Assembly (NCBI GenBank): GCA_973895155.1
Contig: OZ316894.1
Coordinates: forward strand, 20,652,451 to 20,716,450
From: Marsupella aquatica
Lineage: Eukaryota; Plantae; Marchantiophyta
Direction: 5' to 3'
Length of the DNA: 64,000 nucleotides
Position numbers and translations under genes: made by a program. The notes under the pieces were generated by a model that was given only the letters and a program-made list of their open reading frames with translations, had not been told where the DNA came from and searched no databases. The first letter of the stretch is position 1; each line of letters opens with the position of its first letter. This document shows positions 39,001-51,709 of the stretch, one piece after another.

Positions 39001-39994
39001 GGGCGTTCGCACATGGTATACAACAATTTCATAAGGTGAACCCCCGAGCCTCAAGGATATCCCCAAGAAACCTTTGAGACGAAATCAATAGAAGGGATTT
39101 GATTTCCCACCTCACCAAGCCAGGGGTACCAACACGGATATTTGGAAATAATCCGGGTTCATTGATATTCACAACAGCAACACCAACATGATCTGCACGA
39201 AGAAGTTCATCGTCAACGGCACCTGTTTCAAATGGGACCGTGATAACACCTGTTGCAACCTTTCGACAACGAGAAGCGTCATACAAATCAACCTCCTCCG
39301 CCATCCAGTTGGAACGTAGTGTAAAATCTTTTAATGGAAGATCATTGAAAATATTTGAACTACCAAACACGCCAAAATCTCGAAGAGTGCCCTTTCTAGA
39401 AACATGCGCAACATCCCAGATAACCTAGGTATGCAAGGCCTCTGCTATTGTATTAGCTCCAGGGTGCGAGTATGGCAATTTTTGATTTCCCTTAACAATA
39501 TCAGATATTCTTATACTGATGCGACCAACCCCGAGTGTTTCAGTATAACAAATATCCATCGGATTTGTCTTGAAAACAACTCCATTTGCAACCAACTGAT
39601 CAAAAATGAACATCTGAACTTCATCTCCTTCCTTGAACACGTCCTCTTCAACCCTTGCATCACTTTTGGATTTATCATTTCCAGCATCTCCAGCCAAAGA
39701 GAAATCATCGACATTGATTCTTCGGCGCTGAGTTGATGACCTCAAGTATGCCAATGCACAATCCCAAATCACGCAGGAGTCAATTGCCTCAGCCAATGTA
39801 GAAAATTTGGGCAAAGGAAATGGAAGTTGACGCGATCCATCAAAACTCTTTTCGATCAATACCCCAATTCGATTGTCCCCTAGACAAATGTTCTGTATAG
39901 TATCCTGGGGGTCAACCTTTTGAACTATCCCAATTGCCGTTTCAAATCCATCGATCACCAATGACACTTCATCCCCTCGTGTAAAATTGATCAT
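36018..39994 (-). pseudogene. Transposase of element B (same architecture as in A)
   Basis: ORFs 39425..39994, 39029..39370, 38361..38906, 37169..38407 and 36018..37124. Motifs FAKCTFC, IIHDKMDQAK, LQMDNSGKDNKN, and GHTHEDVD (frameshifted). Interrupted by a MITE, a stop and frameshifts. Confidence 0.8.
38780..39050. mobile_element. 271-bp MITE inserted in the element B transposase
   Basis: Imperfect ~45-bp TIRs GGCTCGGGGG(G/T)TCAC...CATGTGCGAACG. TSD TCAA (38776-79, 39051-54; longer readings up to CCTCAAGG are possible). Removal restores GDILEEVSEKWME. Confidence 0.85.
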
Positions 39995-40117
39995 GATAGC
40001 GGACTATCTGTATTCAAATAAAGTTAGAAATTGTTAAGTTATGTTACAATCATGTTTCAAAATCTGGACTCTCCTCCAAAAAATATTGTAAAATCACTCA
40101 AAACCCTAAATACATTC

Positions 40118-40552
40118 AAGTCGGGTCAGAATTATTTTGACCCTCCTCCAACATTATGTCTTGAAATGATTGAATTGACTAAACATTTACAAGTCGGGTC
40201 GGAATTATTTCGACCCTCCTCCAACAATATGTCTTGAAATGATTAAATTGACTAAACATTTACAAGTTGGGTCGGAATTATTTCGACCCTCCTCCAACAA
40301 TATGTCTTAAAATGATTGAATTGACTAAACATTTACAAGTCGGGTCGGAATTATTTCGACCCTCCTCCAACAATATGTCTTAAAATGATTTAATTGACTA
40401 AACATTGATAAGTTGGGTCGGAATTATTTCGACCCTACTCTAACTATTATGTCAAAACTATTTGTGAAACTATCTTGCTTATGCTTTTATATACCAGTTT
40501 AAAATGCTAGTTAAGATGACATAGTCAGGTCGGCACGAAATAATTCCGACCC
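40118..40552. repeat. 73-bp tandem repeat (~4.5 copies) containing GGGTCG-N9-CGACCC, plus one inverted copy
   Basis: Units start near 40118, 40191, 40264, 40337 and 40410. Confidence 0.9.
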
Positions 40553-41853
40553 ACTTCTAGAAACTATGTTAGTAATCACATAAAGGGGTACAGTAAGTTC
40601 TACACATGCTAGACTGTGGATAAAGGTCTAGAATGAGTAAAATATATGATCTAGAACCTAATGTGTAAATCTTAATCTAGGTTTGGCTTAAAGGTATTGA
40701 ATTAGATGTAGTTGAGCTAGTACTTCTAAGATAAATAAATAAAAACACTAACCTGCTCCGCAATATATCACTGTCCACCCTTGTACAAGCTAAATGGGTA
40801 CCTTGGATGCCAACATTGTAACTCTTAGCACCACAGTGCTCACCAGTGCCCTTACTAAACCTTGCATTCAACCATGCGAACCTAAACAAGGCACTCGGAC
40901 AGAGGAGAGTCACTGATCGTACCAATCACTGTCTAAATGACAATGAACCAAAAAATGGATTGTGGGAGGTCTATACTCAGTTTGAGAGGCAAAAAGCCCA
41001 CATATTACCCAGCACACGAGTGGACACCAACAGATCGGGCACGGGTGGATGAGGCACGCACCCAGCACACAAGTAGACATCGGATAGGGTGTCAGCCAAT
41101 CACTCACGAGTGATAGGTGAGTTGCGAGCACACACCGCTGACAGCTCGGAAGTTTAAAATTGGTAGGTGAGTCGCGAGTGGTCGTGAGTGGTCACACCAT
41201 CGGTGACTCACGATCACATGCACCGAGGAGGGTCTCCATCATTGGCGCGCATTGATGCCTCTGTACCCTCTCGGATCCTTGCCTCCTCGGACTCCTTGCT
41301 CGCAGGGGGTATAGGAAGGCAGGCCTTGCGCTTGAGGCCTCATTTCCTTGCCTCCCTCTTGCCTCCTCTCTCGTCTCCTCACTCCTTGCCTCCCTCTTGC
41401 CTCGCTCTAGGGCTTTTGTTTTTGCCTCGCTCTTGGGATTTGTTTTCCGCCTCGCTCTAAGGCTTTTATTTCCGCCTTGCTCCCTTCCCTTTTGGGTCGC
41501 TCCCTCGATCATTGTTTGCCTGTTAGTGCCCTCTTGCAGCCTGTGGTATTCTCCATTATTGCCACGTGTCATCTTAAATCTCACTCGCCCCTTACAATGT
41601 CTACTTCCTCCAGTTCTGAAGCTTCCACCACCTCCGCCAGTTCTCAAGAGTCATTGAACTTCAATTATAACTCTCTGTATGAATATGACCCTGAAGACCC
41701 GGATGTCCAAAAATTGGTTAACAATGCGTTGGAGGCGTCAAAGAAAGCCCAGTTAACTTTTCCACGTAAGGCACCACCTGCTTCAACTTCTTGCACTTTA
41801 CTTTAATTTGGATTTCAAACTTCTTATTAGGAAAATTTCTATATTCCTTTGCA

Positions 41854-42440
41854 GTCGCCTCGCCCCAAGGTCGAGGCGACGTCTACTTCATTCTAGATTT
41901 CTTGTTGCTCCGAAGGCGTATTGGACCTTGTATCTTACATTAATAAAGGATCTTTAGCTATATTCTATTTTTTGCCTCGCTCTTGGGGCGAGGCGATGTC
42001 GTCTGCATTCCTCAAATGTAGTCTGCATTCCCAGAAGTTGCCTCGCCCTTGGGGCGAGGTGATGTTATCTGCATTCCTAAATGTTGTCTGCATTCCCAGA
42101 AGTTGCCTCGCCCTTGGGGCGAGGCGATGTCCTCTACATTCCTAAATGTTGTCTGCTTTCCCAGAAGTTGCCTCGCCCTTGGGGCGAGGCGATGTCCTTT
42201 GCATTCCTAAATGTTGTCTGCTTTCCAGAAGTTGCCTCGCCCTTGGGGCGAGGCGACGTTGTCTGCATTCCTAAATGTTGTTTGCTTTCCTAGAAGTTGC
42301 CTCGCCCTTGGGGCGAGGCGATGTCGTCTGCATTCCTAAATAATGTTTGATTGCTTGGATGAGGTGGCAGGGCTAATTGCACTAGGAGCAAAGAAGATTT
42401 TGCAATCTTCTATTTGTCGCCTCGCCCCAAGGGCGAGGCA
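41854..42440. repeat. Intron 1 array (~60-bp units) of GCCTCG-CCCTTGGGG-CGAGGC palindromes
   Basis: About 8 copies of ttgcctcgcccttggggcgaggcga. Confidence 0.9.
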
Positions 42441-43945
42441 CCTTGAAAGTTTTCCACATGTCAATGTTAAAAATATGATGCTGACCATTTTGTTTTCAAT
42501 GTTTCTTACCAGGAAAAAATCTTGAGAAGCCGGAGTTAAATATTATGGACGAGGATATCAAGGACTTTGTTTTCCCTGACCAAGATACTCCAGGATTTAG
42601 ATGGGCACTAGAAGTTGGGGTGTCGACGGAAGGCAGTCTCTTGATTTGTTTCAAGGGCCTCACAAGTCAATTGAATGACCGCAAGACAATTGTTACTCTA
42701 GGTCCAGTCGTCCTTGTGAACACGGACAACAACCGCAATGCAACGATTATTGTTGAGTCCAATGAGAAATCTCAGTGGATGAGACTTCTAGTGCCAATAA
42801 AACTCTACACGACTTTACTGAATGTTGAGTGGATGGCTCGATTGGAGATAAGCGTAGCTGATATGGGATTCTTCCCAGATGGAGTAACAATTGATCAGAT
42901 GTTTGAGAAGACGCGTTCTCAAATAAGTGGAGTTGACCTAGTGTTTGGATTTCTCTACGTAAAGAAGCACATGCATGACAATGCGGACAGTGTGGACCCT
43001 CCGTCTACTTGGATAGTTCAAAGGATGATTGATAAGGCACATTTTTCATACGAGCAAGCAATCGACAAGAGTTTCATTTTTTGTCCAGAGTTTCAAGAGG
43101 CCGCGTGCCGGACGTGGATTTCAGAGATGAAGAAAAAAGAAGCAAAGCATAAGGAGACAAAGAAGGCAAAGGTTGCGAAATCAAAACCAATGTCAGGGTT
43201 GACTTCAAACTTTGTCTTGCATCCAGAGGATGATATGTGTCCGACAGAAGGACCCAAAGAAGATGATGTGCTCAAAGGCCAAGAGGTTTTGCGTAATATT
43301 GAGCAGTATTATACTTTTGGCATCCGCGAAGTTTTTGATATTCCTGTAAAAAGTATTAATCCGCCATCGGCCGTTTTTGTATATCGAATGTTCAATCTTT
43401 CGCATGCAATGGAGATATCAAAGTCTATGATGAAAAACCCTGGACAGGAACCACAAGTTGCTGATTTGATTCCGTATCGCGAGAGCACTAAACAGTTGCT
43501 TCATTATGACAACACACCTCAGGATAGGAAAGAGTTTTTGATTGGTGTGAAGAAGCATGAGATCCAATTCCTTGCCATCAGTGGCTAGCATTCTGCAAGA
43601 GCTGCCCAATGGATCCAAGGGTGGGCCGAGACTGACGCCAAGCTGACAGATCTTGCCAACAAACTAAAGTATAGGAAAGCAAGGATCCTATCTGACCTCA
43701 CTCCGAAGACAATTTTGGTTGAGCATTCAAGTTTATCGAATGCTGTCAATGATACTATGCAATTTAAGCCTTGTTTTTTAGAGACTATTGTTCATGCACG
43801 AAGGCAGTTTGAGGAGTGCGGGAAACCGCCACGTCCAGGGATTGGGACCAATCAAAATACAGACAGGAAAAACTATCAGGTACATGTTGGAGCAATGCAA
43901 ACTATTCTTGATCCGCTTTGTTTAAAGATTATCAATGGTAGAGGT

Positions 43946-44130
43946 TTGCCTCGCCCTAAGGGCGAGGCTGCCTTTTCTTGTTTTCCTTGGTTAGAAGATT
44001 AAAGCAAATGTTTGCCTCGCCCTCAGGGCGAGGCAACCTAGACTAGTCTCTCTAAGAATAATTCCCTAGTTCCGTTTCAGTCAATTGCGGTTAGATGTAG
44101 AGGTTCGCCACACCCTTGGGGCGAGGCGGC
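43946..44130. repeat. Intron 2 copies of GCCTCG-N9-CGAGGC
   Basis: 3 copies (near 43947, 44013 and 44106). Confidence 0.85.
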
Positions 44131-45954
44131 TTAGCCTGTTTCAAACATAGGTATAAATTTTCTAACATATGCATTGTACCCTGAAACTAATGTCAAGTCC
44201 ATTGGATATGCAGGATTGGTTTGCCCTGGCAAAGGTTACAATGGGGAAGTCAAGCCTAAAGAGCATTTATTGGTTACTTTTTGCCGAAGATGAGCTCTTT
44301 GAATTATGGCGGAACGTGTGTGCAAAATGGTTGAGTGGGAAGCTCCAAGATGGGGTTGGTGGGTATGGAGGGCCAAGACCCCCAAAATTGATCACTCCCG
44401 GTACCTTTTGATGCTTTGAAGGAGAGATTAGTAGCAAACAGATAATTGAGATCTTGAAGGACGTTGAAGAGGAGCGTGTCTTGCTGAAGAAGGATATCAC
44501 CAACAAATCAGAGCTTGTCGCAATGGGAGACTTGGCCCTTACAATCAAGATAATGTCCAAATTGAGAACAGTCATTATTGGCTATTTCGTGGAAAAGTAT
44601 CGTGAGAAGTTTCCTGTTGGCACATCTTGGGAGTCTCTGGTGATATTGTTGCCTTCCTTGAAATCTGAGCTTGAGATGACAAAATTGAGGAGAGCAGCGG
44701 GTGAGGTTTACCTCAACAATTCATTGAAGAAGAATGTGGTCAAGGAGAGTTTCCCACAAAGTCTGATGGTCAGACTAGATGGGTTGTATTGTAAAGAATT
44801 TGGTGGGATTGGTCGTTCTCGCACGGAGCCTTTCTTGACATTTTTTAGTGAGAATTTGATGAAGACGACCGTGCCGGAAATGCTACAAGAGCCTTCGCCT
44901 TTGTGTCCTCTTGCCATATATTGTTGACTTCAGTAGGCTCCGACAACATGTTTGGACCGATGCTGAAATTATTGCATTACTGCAATACATTGTGGATCTT
45001 CCAAGAAATCCAACAATTGTTGTTGTCATGACTGTGCATCCGGGGCCACTTGCTGCAAACATTTTGAGTGCCCTTAGGAAATTGCAACATGAAAAGGGAA
45101 TGGACATCCACGTCGACTACGGGAGCTATCGACGGAGTGATACACCAGTTCCAGAGGGCTTACTTTTCAGTTGTGGTATGGAGGAGATCATCTTTGCAGG
45201 AATCACCATTGAGGAGAAATTTGATTGGAAGCAAGTGTTCAGGCCTGGATTTAATTGCCAATTTTCTTACAATTCGGCGATCGACCCTGATTTCCAAGTG
45301 GAAGACAAGACGGAGAAGCGAGATAAGAATAAGAGTAAGACAAGTAAGGAGACAGAGACTGAGTCAACTTTGGCATTTCACATTGGAGATTTCTTACGAA
45401 AGGCTCCCATGTTTGAGATGGTGGGAAGTAGAGGTGGCTTTGTGAATATTCACGCTAAGCCAAAATGTATGCTGCAGAGTATTATTGAATTTTTTTCGGC
45501 TGAAGGGGAGACTATACTTGACTTTTTCTCGGGAGGACAGGTTATGAAGGTGTCATTGTTGTGTTTCAGAGAATGCTTTGCGTATTCAGACACTGAGGAT
45601 GAATATGATTTCACTCAGGCATATGGAAGGGTTCTCTGCGAGAAAGTTCCTTCCATAATGAGTGACCGGATGGGCGGTTCCAAATTTGGTAGAGCCCGCG
45701 ATGGGGTTTCCGCGCATGTTGGTGCCAAAGAAGGCGTAGACCAGGGCGAAGATGATATTGAGGAAGGAGAATTGGGTCACAACACAGACGACAGGGTCAC
45801 CCGAAATTTGGATGAACGTGGAACACAAGTGGTACGTATTCCCTACTTTGGTGTGGGGTTGGCTGATGTTGTGGGTCGACCTGAGGGCGACCCACCAAGA
45901 AATCCCTTTGCCGGTGTAGAGAATTGGATGCACCAATCGGACCCAGATCTTACA

Positions 45955-47952
45955 CACTAGTACATTTTACCTCCTTTTTCCGATTCTCTCCACATCGGAC
46001 GTCTTTGTAAAACAAAATATGAAAAAACCATACATCCAATTCTGCCGGCATCGTAACATGCCATGATAAAAGTATCGGATGTCGACAATCGGACTTATAT
46101 CGGAAAGTCCGATGCTGAAAGAATGGGAAAGTCCGATGCTAAGAGAATGGGAAAGTCCGATGTTGGGAGAATGGGAAAGTCCGATGTTGGGAGAATGGGA
46201 AAGTCCGATGCTGAGAGAATGGGAAAGTTTAAAACAATGAAAATGGGATACACATTGGAGCGGACACGGGGTGCTCAGGTCACCCATCTCTTCCTTTGTA
46301 TATTTACTTTCATTTTGCAACCACAAGCGAGGTGCCCACCTCCTTTGACATTTTAACTCTTCATTCCTCAACTAAGTGGTCACCCATCCCAATTGCTATT
46401 CCTCCAACATGAGCTTAACTTTCTAGTTCTTATCCCTCACAATGTACATGCAAGCTTAACACTTTTATTGTTTGACTTGGAGTGTTTAGGGATTTTATAC
46501 ACTTCTAAATTTATTAAGACCCATAATTTGGACCTAAGCTGGGTAGAGTCGGGAGAGGCCGACAGGCAACATGCAACAATGCAGCCCTGGCCAAGCTAGA
46601 GGCAGCCAGGGTCAACGACAACACAGCCCGGGCCGGGGAAATGAAGACGCAACGATAGTGGCAAGGGTGGAGCAAAGACGCAGCCAGTGCGCCTCAACTA
46701 TGGTGATAGAGAAATGGAGGGGAGGAGAAATGGATTAGCCAACCCACCCCTCCGCAAACTATACTGAGGGTTCAAAATGTAACCGTGGGGGAAGCGACGA
46801 CTGTCCAATGGGAAGACCAAAAGAAATCTCAAACGTCGGATCTTAGGTAGTTAACCTGAGTTACTTTTCTTAACCGATGACTCAAACGAGTGGTAGACTG
46901 ATAAATACAAGAAAAAGAGTGGCAATGTAGTGATTATGCCACAAAAGTGTGGCATTAGACTAATAAATCCCAGTTTTGCTCTATCATGATATTGCATGTT
47001 TGCATCGAGTGATCTATAATTACGATTACCCTCTTACATTCCCTTGGAGCAATCAATAGAAATTTGGGGTCATTCGTGAATAGTAAAGCCCTCCTCCATC
47101 CGACTTGACATGAGATCATTATAGTTTATTAGTTATGGAAGATTAATATTTTGGTCCTTCCAAAGCCTTGGCGTCAAGGGCAGCTCCCGATTGTCTCATC
47201 TTTCATCAACTATGTTGTTGTTGGACTTGCAGCAAAGACTAGATGGGACAAGCATTCTCCTTTAAGATGATGCATTTTTGATTTTGCATGTTGAGCAAAT
47301 ATTGCCAAAAGGGAACAATATTTTGGGGTCTTGGAAGGAGGCAAGAACAACATTCAATTAAGTCCATTTGCCTCAAGTATGAAGTCATTCAAACATGCAA
47401 GAATGATTGTATCTCTTTTCTAGGAAGAGTATGTCGGTGCAACTACATGCCCCAACTAACACAATAGGAATTTGTTGTTTTGCCAAAAGAAAATTTCCCA
47501 TTCTCCCAGCATCGGACTTTCCCATTCTACTAGCATCGGACTTTCCCATTCTCCCAGCATCGGACATTCCCATTCTCTCAGCATCGGACTTTCCCATTCT
47601 CTCAACATCGAACTTTGCCATTTTACCACAATCGGATATAATATCCGTTCTTATCAACTACGGAACTTTTCCGATCAATATTGAAACGCACATCATTTCC
47701 GTTACAAAAAACATCGGACATATCAATCAAATTTTTTGTTAGGGGATCCGATGTAGTTTGTAACGGATATGATCCATTTTTTACCGCATCGGAAAGGTTC
47801 TGTTGTTAATTACATCGAAAATGAAGATATCCGAAGCCGAGAGTATGGCATATTGCCATTTTGTGATAATGGGAATTTCCGATTCTAAAAGAATTGGACG
47901 CCGATTGTTTGCAAAAATTGAGCATCGGAAATCAGCTAAATATGTACTAGTG
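45955..47952. mobile_element. Non-autonomous CACTA element nested in element B
   Basis: Termini CACTAGTACA...TGTACTAGTG, 3-bp TSD ACA (45952-54, 47953-55), and inverted subterminal arrays GGGAAAGTCCGATG / CATCGGACTTTCCC. Removal restores the frame (DPDLT|SSTSDAH). Confidence 0.93.
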
Positions 47953-48852
47953 ACATCGTCCACATCGGACGCACATTGGAAGGCAACCGCAGATGGTCTA
48001 GGCAATATTGACGCAGTAGAATTGGGAGAAATGTCAGACATTGCGCTTGCAAAGGAGGATGATCGTCAAGTACCTGAGACCGCTGCAAATGAAGAAGAGA
48101 AGGTAGGTGCTTCAAATCCTCCCCTGTCTCCTCTATATTGCTCATTAGAGACTAAATTGGTTTTTACAAGTGCTTCTACAGGAAGCCCCGTAGTATTATC
48201 ATTTTCACAAAATTCTGGATCCGAGATCGGCAGGACTGGATATATGAAAACAGTCCGTCCTGCAACTCATTTTATATGGAGAAATGGACCAAAGGTTGGA
48301 ATGATAGAATCACTAGACGATGCTCCAAAGATAATGGCAAAATCAGATTACAAAAAACTGAACTTGAGACTGAGCCCAGTTTTTGCACCCCCATCCTTTG
48401 AAGAGCAACTTCCCAGTGGTATCAATTCCGAGATACAGAGTGTTCTAGGTGATCAAACAATAGATGAATTTGGGCATTTTAGCATTGGAAATTATTAGCC
48501 CATTCTTTGGTTCTTGGTATTTTAATGACAATCTAAGCTTTATCTTTGTAATAATATATTTTTTTACAGACCAAAGTTCCGTCGTAGAATCTCCTTCCTC
48601 AAAGGATTTTGTTGGCATTCCCTCGGAAAGCGTTGCTGTGGAGGAAGGGTTTGACCCAGGTATACTTTGGATCTAAAAAATGGCAATTGAATGTAATTAA
48701 TGTTTTTCTAGGAGGGTCACCCCAGGGTCGTTCCTCTCTACTTCAAATGCTATAACAAAGTTTGTTTGATTTCAAATTTTGAGAGTTTTCCTCCGTAGTA
48801 ATTGTTTAAACTTTGAGTCGCATTGACTAAGGGCTTATGTTAATGTTTCCAG

Positions 48853-49892
48853 AATTCACTCCAATACTACACTCTCCAATCCGACGAAAGCTCTTGGTTC
48901 TTGACCTTAACAAGATTTGTTGGGATTGCATTAAGACCAGAAGCTCAGGACCATGGCGAAATCAAACAAGTTTACGTGGTGTGCACTGGGGGAGACGTGG
49001 AGGGTTTAATTTCATGTATGTGGAGCGCCCATACCTCCACGAATTTCTATATGCAGCTTTCATGGTTTTTGACGTCGCAATTTAGACCTGTGCAAGGAGG
49101 CCAAAAAAAATGGACTTAATGGAGTTGATTTTCACTAAGGAGGAGCGACAGAAGTTCAAGTTTGTCTTTACTCAAGAAGATACCTTTGATAGTTGCATCC
49201 AAAGGCCAGATATAACAGATGGGAAGGCCAATTTACTTCTGAAGAATTTGCAAACCATTTGGGACCGTTTTCCAGAAAAATATGATGCTTCTAATACAGT
49301 TCTTATTGATGATTCTCCATTGAAGGCATTTTTGAATTATGACGTGAATGGATTGTTTCCAAATCCATTTACTCACACAGCTTCAAATGACACTTTTTTG
49401 CCCGAGATATTATGGCCGTATCTTTGCAAATTGAGAAAGGCTTACTGCGTTCAACATTATATCACTGTCAACAATCCAAAGTGGTCTGTTTTCAATTTAT
49501 TAACAAGCAAGGAGGATCATGCTGCCATCTATGCTCTTTTGGAACAGAAGTGGGGAGATTGTCGTTGTATCCATAGGGAGTTTGGAACCATCTTGGATGT
49601 GACTCCTGAAGAGATTCCTTGCGACGGAAAGAACGAGGTGCAGCATTACCCACCACTGGAGACGTGGACCACGGATGAGATCGAAGAAACTGCAAACATA
49701 ATACTTGGAGACAACTATTCTGGTCCTCATACACAAAATAGAAGGCATTTTATTTGGAAAGTTCTCAGAACTAGGGATCTCACCAATAAGTTTAAGAACC
49801 ACCATGCGAGAGATACTTGCAACCGTGACATCCGCTATGATAAATCAGGAAGCAGACTTTCTTGTTCAAATGAGTTTTGTCTTGATCATTAG
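48853..49892 (+). pseudogene. Element B cargo gene 2: FCP1/NIF phosphatase-like protein with Cys/His tail
   Basis: RKLLVLDLNKIC, ERPYLHEFL, FDVAI*T (TGG>TAG), NTVLIDDSPLKAFLN, TCNRD...CSNEFCLDH. Confidence 0.8.
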
Positions 49893-50759
49893 GAGATAGG
49901 GTTGCTCTAGTGCCTACCCTGAATTGTACATTCATATTATGTCTTGAAAGGATATGTTTTGAACATGTAGGATAAAGTAAATAATTAGGATATATGCTTA
50001 GTGTGAGGCTCTCTCACTGGACTGGACAATTTAATAATTATATAGTGGGTCAATCTCATTTTGACCCTTGATTTATGACCATCTATATTTTTTAATTTAT
50101 AGATGGTCTGAGTGGTATTGGCCTCTGATTTTTGGACTAAATTAAATTACTCTAATTTTTAAATTAATTAGAATATATGATTTAAGTTATTATTAAACAT
50201 TTGGGTGAAAAAAAACAAAATTTTGGGCATTCAAAAGTGTATATTTGGGCTGAAAAAAATTAGCTTTTGGGAATGCTTTAATAGAAATTTGGCCTGAACA
50301 AAAATAACTTTAGGGTTCATCTTATGGACTTTTAAAAGTACAGTTTTAATGAATATAGTGATCTAAGTAAACATTCTAGCACGCCTAGACCACTTTAGGT
50401 CTTAAAACTATTATGAGGTAACAAATGATTTGCCCATAAGGTTGTGCAAACCAGGTCAATGGTATGCGCATTCTAGACTTAGGAAATTCCAATCTATCCC
50501 ACTTATCCAAGTAGGATTTCAATCCGGGCGGGTAAACTAACTCCAAACTTGTCTGACCCTTTGTTCTCCCCTGTAGTTTGAACTAGCCCGCCCATAGATG
50601 TGAGGCGGGCACCATCAACTTCCACTCGCAAAATGAAAACAATGGCAGCCCAACAACCTCTAGCACCCACGCAATCCAACTTTATCCTCAAGAGGCCGAG
50701 AGGAGTGAAACTAGAATACAACTCACAAAGGTAGCTACAATGCTTGTACCAGTTCACAA

Positions 50760-51690
50760 CTTATGGTGGTAGGCCGCTTCGCTTACAACAGCTTCCACGG
50801 GAGCTTCCAAGGATCTTTGGGGCATTACACATTCAAATTTTCTTCCGGTTCCCATGTACTTCCGGCTCGATCATAGCCAGCCCACTTCACCAAATACTCT
50901 GCTTAAGATTTGTCTTCCTAACTTGCGTTTGTAACTGTACGTGGTCCAGAATTGCCTCCACCTCAAACTCCTCAGCGTCCTCCACCAACCTGGCTGGCGT
51001 CTGGATGCAAGACCTGATCCCACTTGGGATCATTGTCTTTGACAAATTTCTTGAGCCGGCTTACATGGTAGCTTTTGCCTACGTCCATTTTCTTGGGTGT
51101 CTCCAACACCACCGAAACCGGATTATCCTTGTGGGCCCATCGTATGATGCGATAGGGCCTCGCATATCTGGGAGCCAGCTTCCTACTTATGTTCCCGTGG
51201 TATTGCTCAGGCCTCAACTGCAACCAGACGCTCTCCTCAATTTCATACCTTACCTGGCGTCGATGTTTATCCCCTTGCTCCTTGTATTGACTTTGGGCAA
51301 GGGTCATACCCTTGGTAGCCACTTCCACAACTAGGCGCCGATCTTGAATAAAATCGTCCGCAGAAGGAACCTTGCTTTCCGTCCACCAAGCTTCCGGATT
51401 TATGAACGCAAGTAGTCCTCACCGATACCATTCACCCGTTCCATTTGGCTCTTTGTCTCATGATGATACGTAGATCCTCAGATAGTAAGGTCTGTTCCAA
51501 ATAACCAAAACAACTTCTACCAGAAGTGGCCCGTGATCGAACTTGGTTTCACAGTCGGACAGGATATGCAACTTACGACAATCCCCATCCATTGTTGGAA
51601 GACATTGTCAAATACTAGACCGCAAACCTCTCGGACCGAAACCATTTTCGTAGTCGGCAAAAAGTACGACATCTTGGAAAAACTATCCTA
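50760..51690 (-). pseudogene. Degenerate Gypsy (chromovirus-like) integrase, GPY/F region and chromodomain
   Basis: ORF 50972..51328 QYKEQGDKHRR...VWL...KLAPRYARPYRI...HVSRLKK; downstream FEVEAILDH; upstream integrase-core-like FW.KLF..GT.L. Confidence 0.75.
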
Positions 51691-51709
51691 TGCCAAAGTC
51701 CATATCTCA

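Larger units (their letters stand above)
41597..48498 (+). pseudogene. Element B cargo gene 1: ParB-like + degenerate DNA methyltransferase-like protein (predicted exons 41597-41765, 42513-43879, 44214-48498, with a CACTA insertion)
   Basis: FLAISG*HSARAA; IVDFSRL; NIHAKPKCMLQSIIEFFSAEGETILDFFSGG. The C-terminal KLVF...SPV...G.TGY block matches element A once the CACTA element is removed. Confidence 0.75.
35428..50360. mobile_element. Element B: second, diverged member of the cargo transposon family, with 2-bp AT TSD
   Basis: CACTATATTCATTAAAACTG (35428-35447) is the exact reverse complement of 50341-50360. AT flanks both ends (35426-27, 50361-62). Same gene order as element A; ~12.7 kb after removing two nested insertions. 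Confidence 0.92.

Noticed and set aside
35428-50360. Element B as an ordinary CACTA element because it starts with CACTA
   Set aside because: No 3-bp TSD (AAT vs ATC), the sister element starts CAGCC, and no TNP2-type transposase motifs were recognised.
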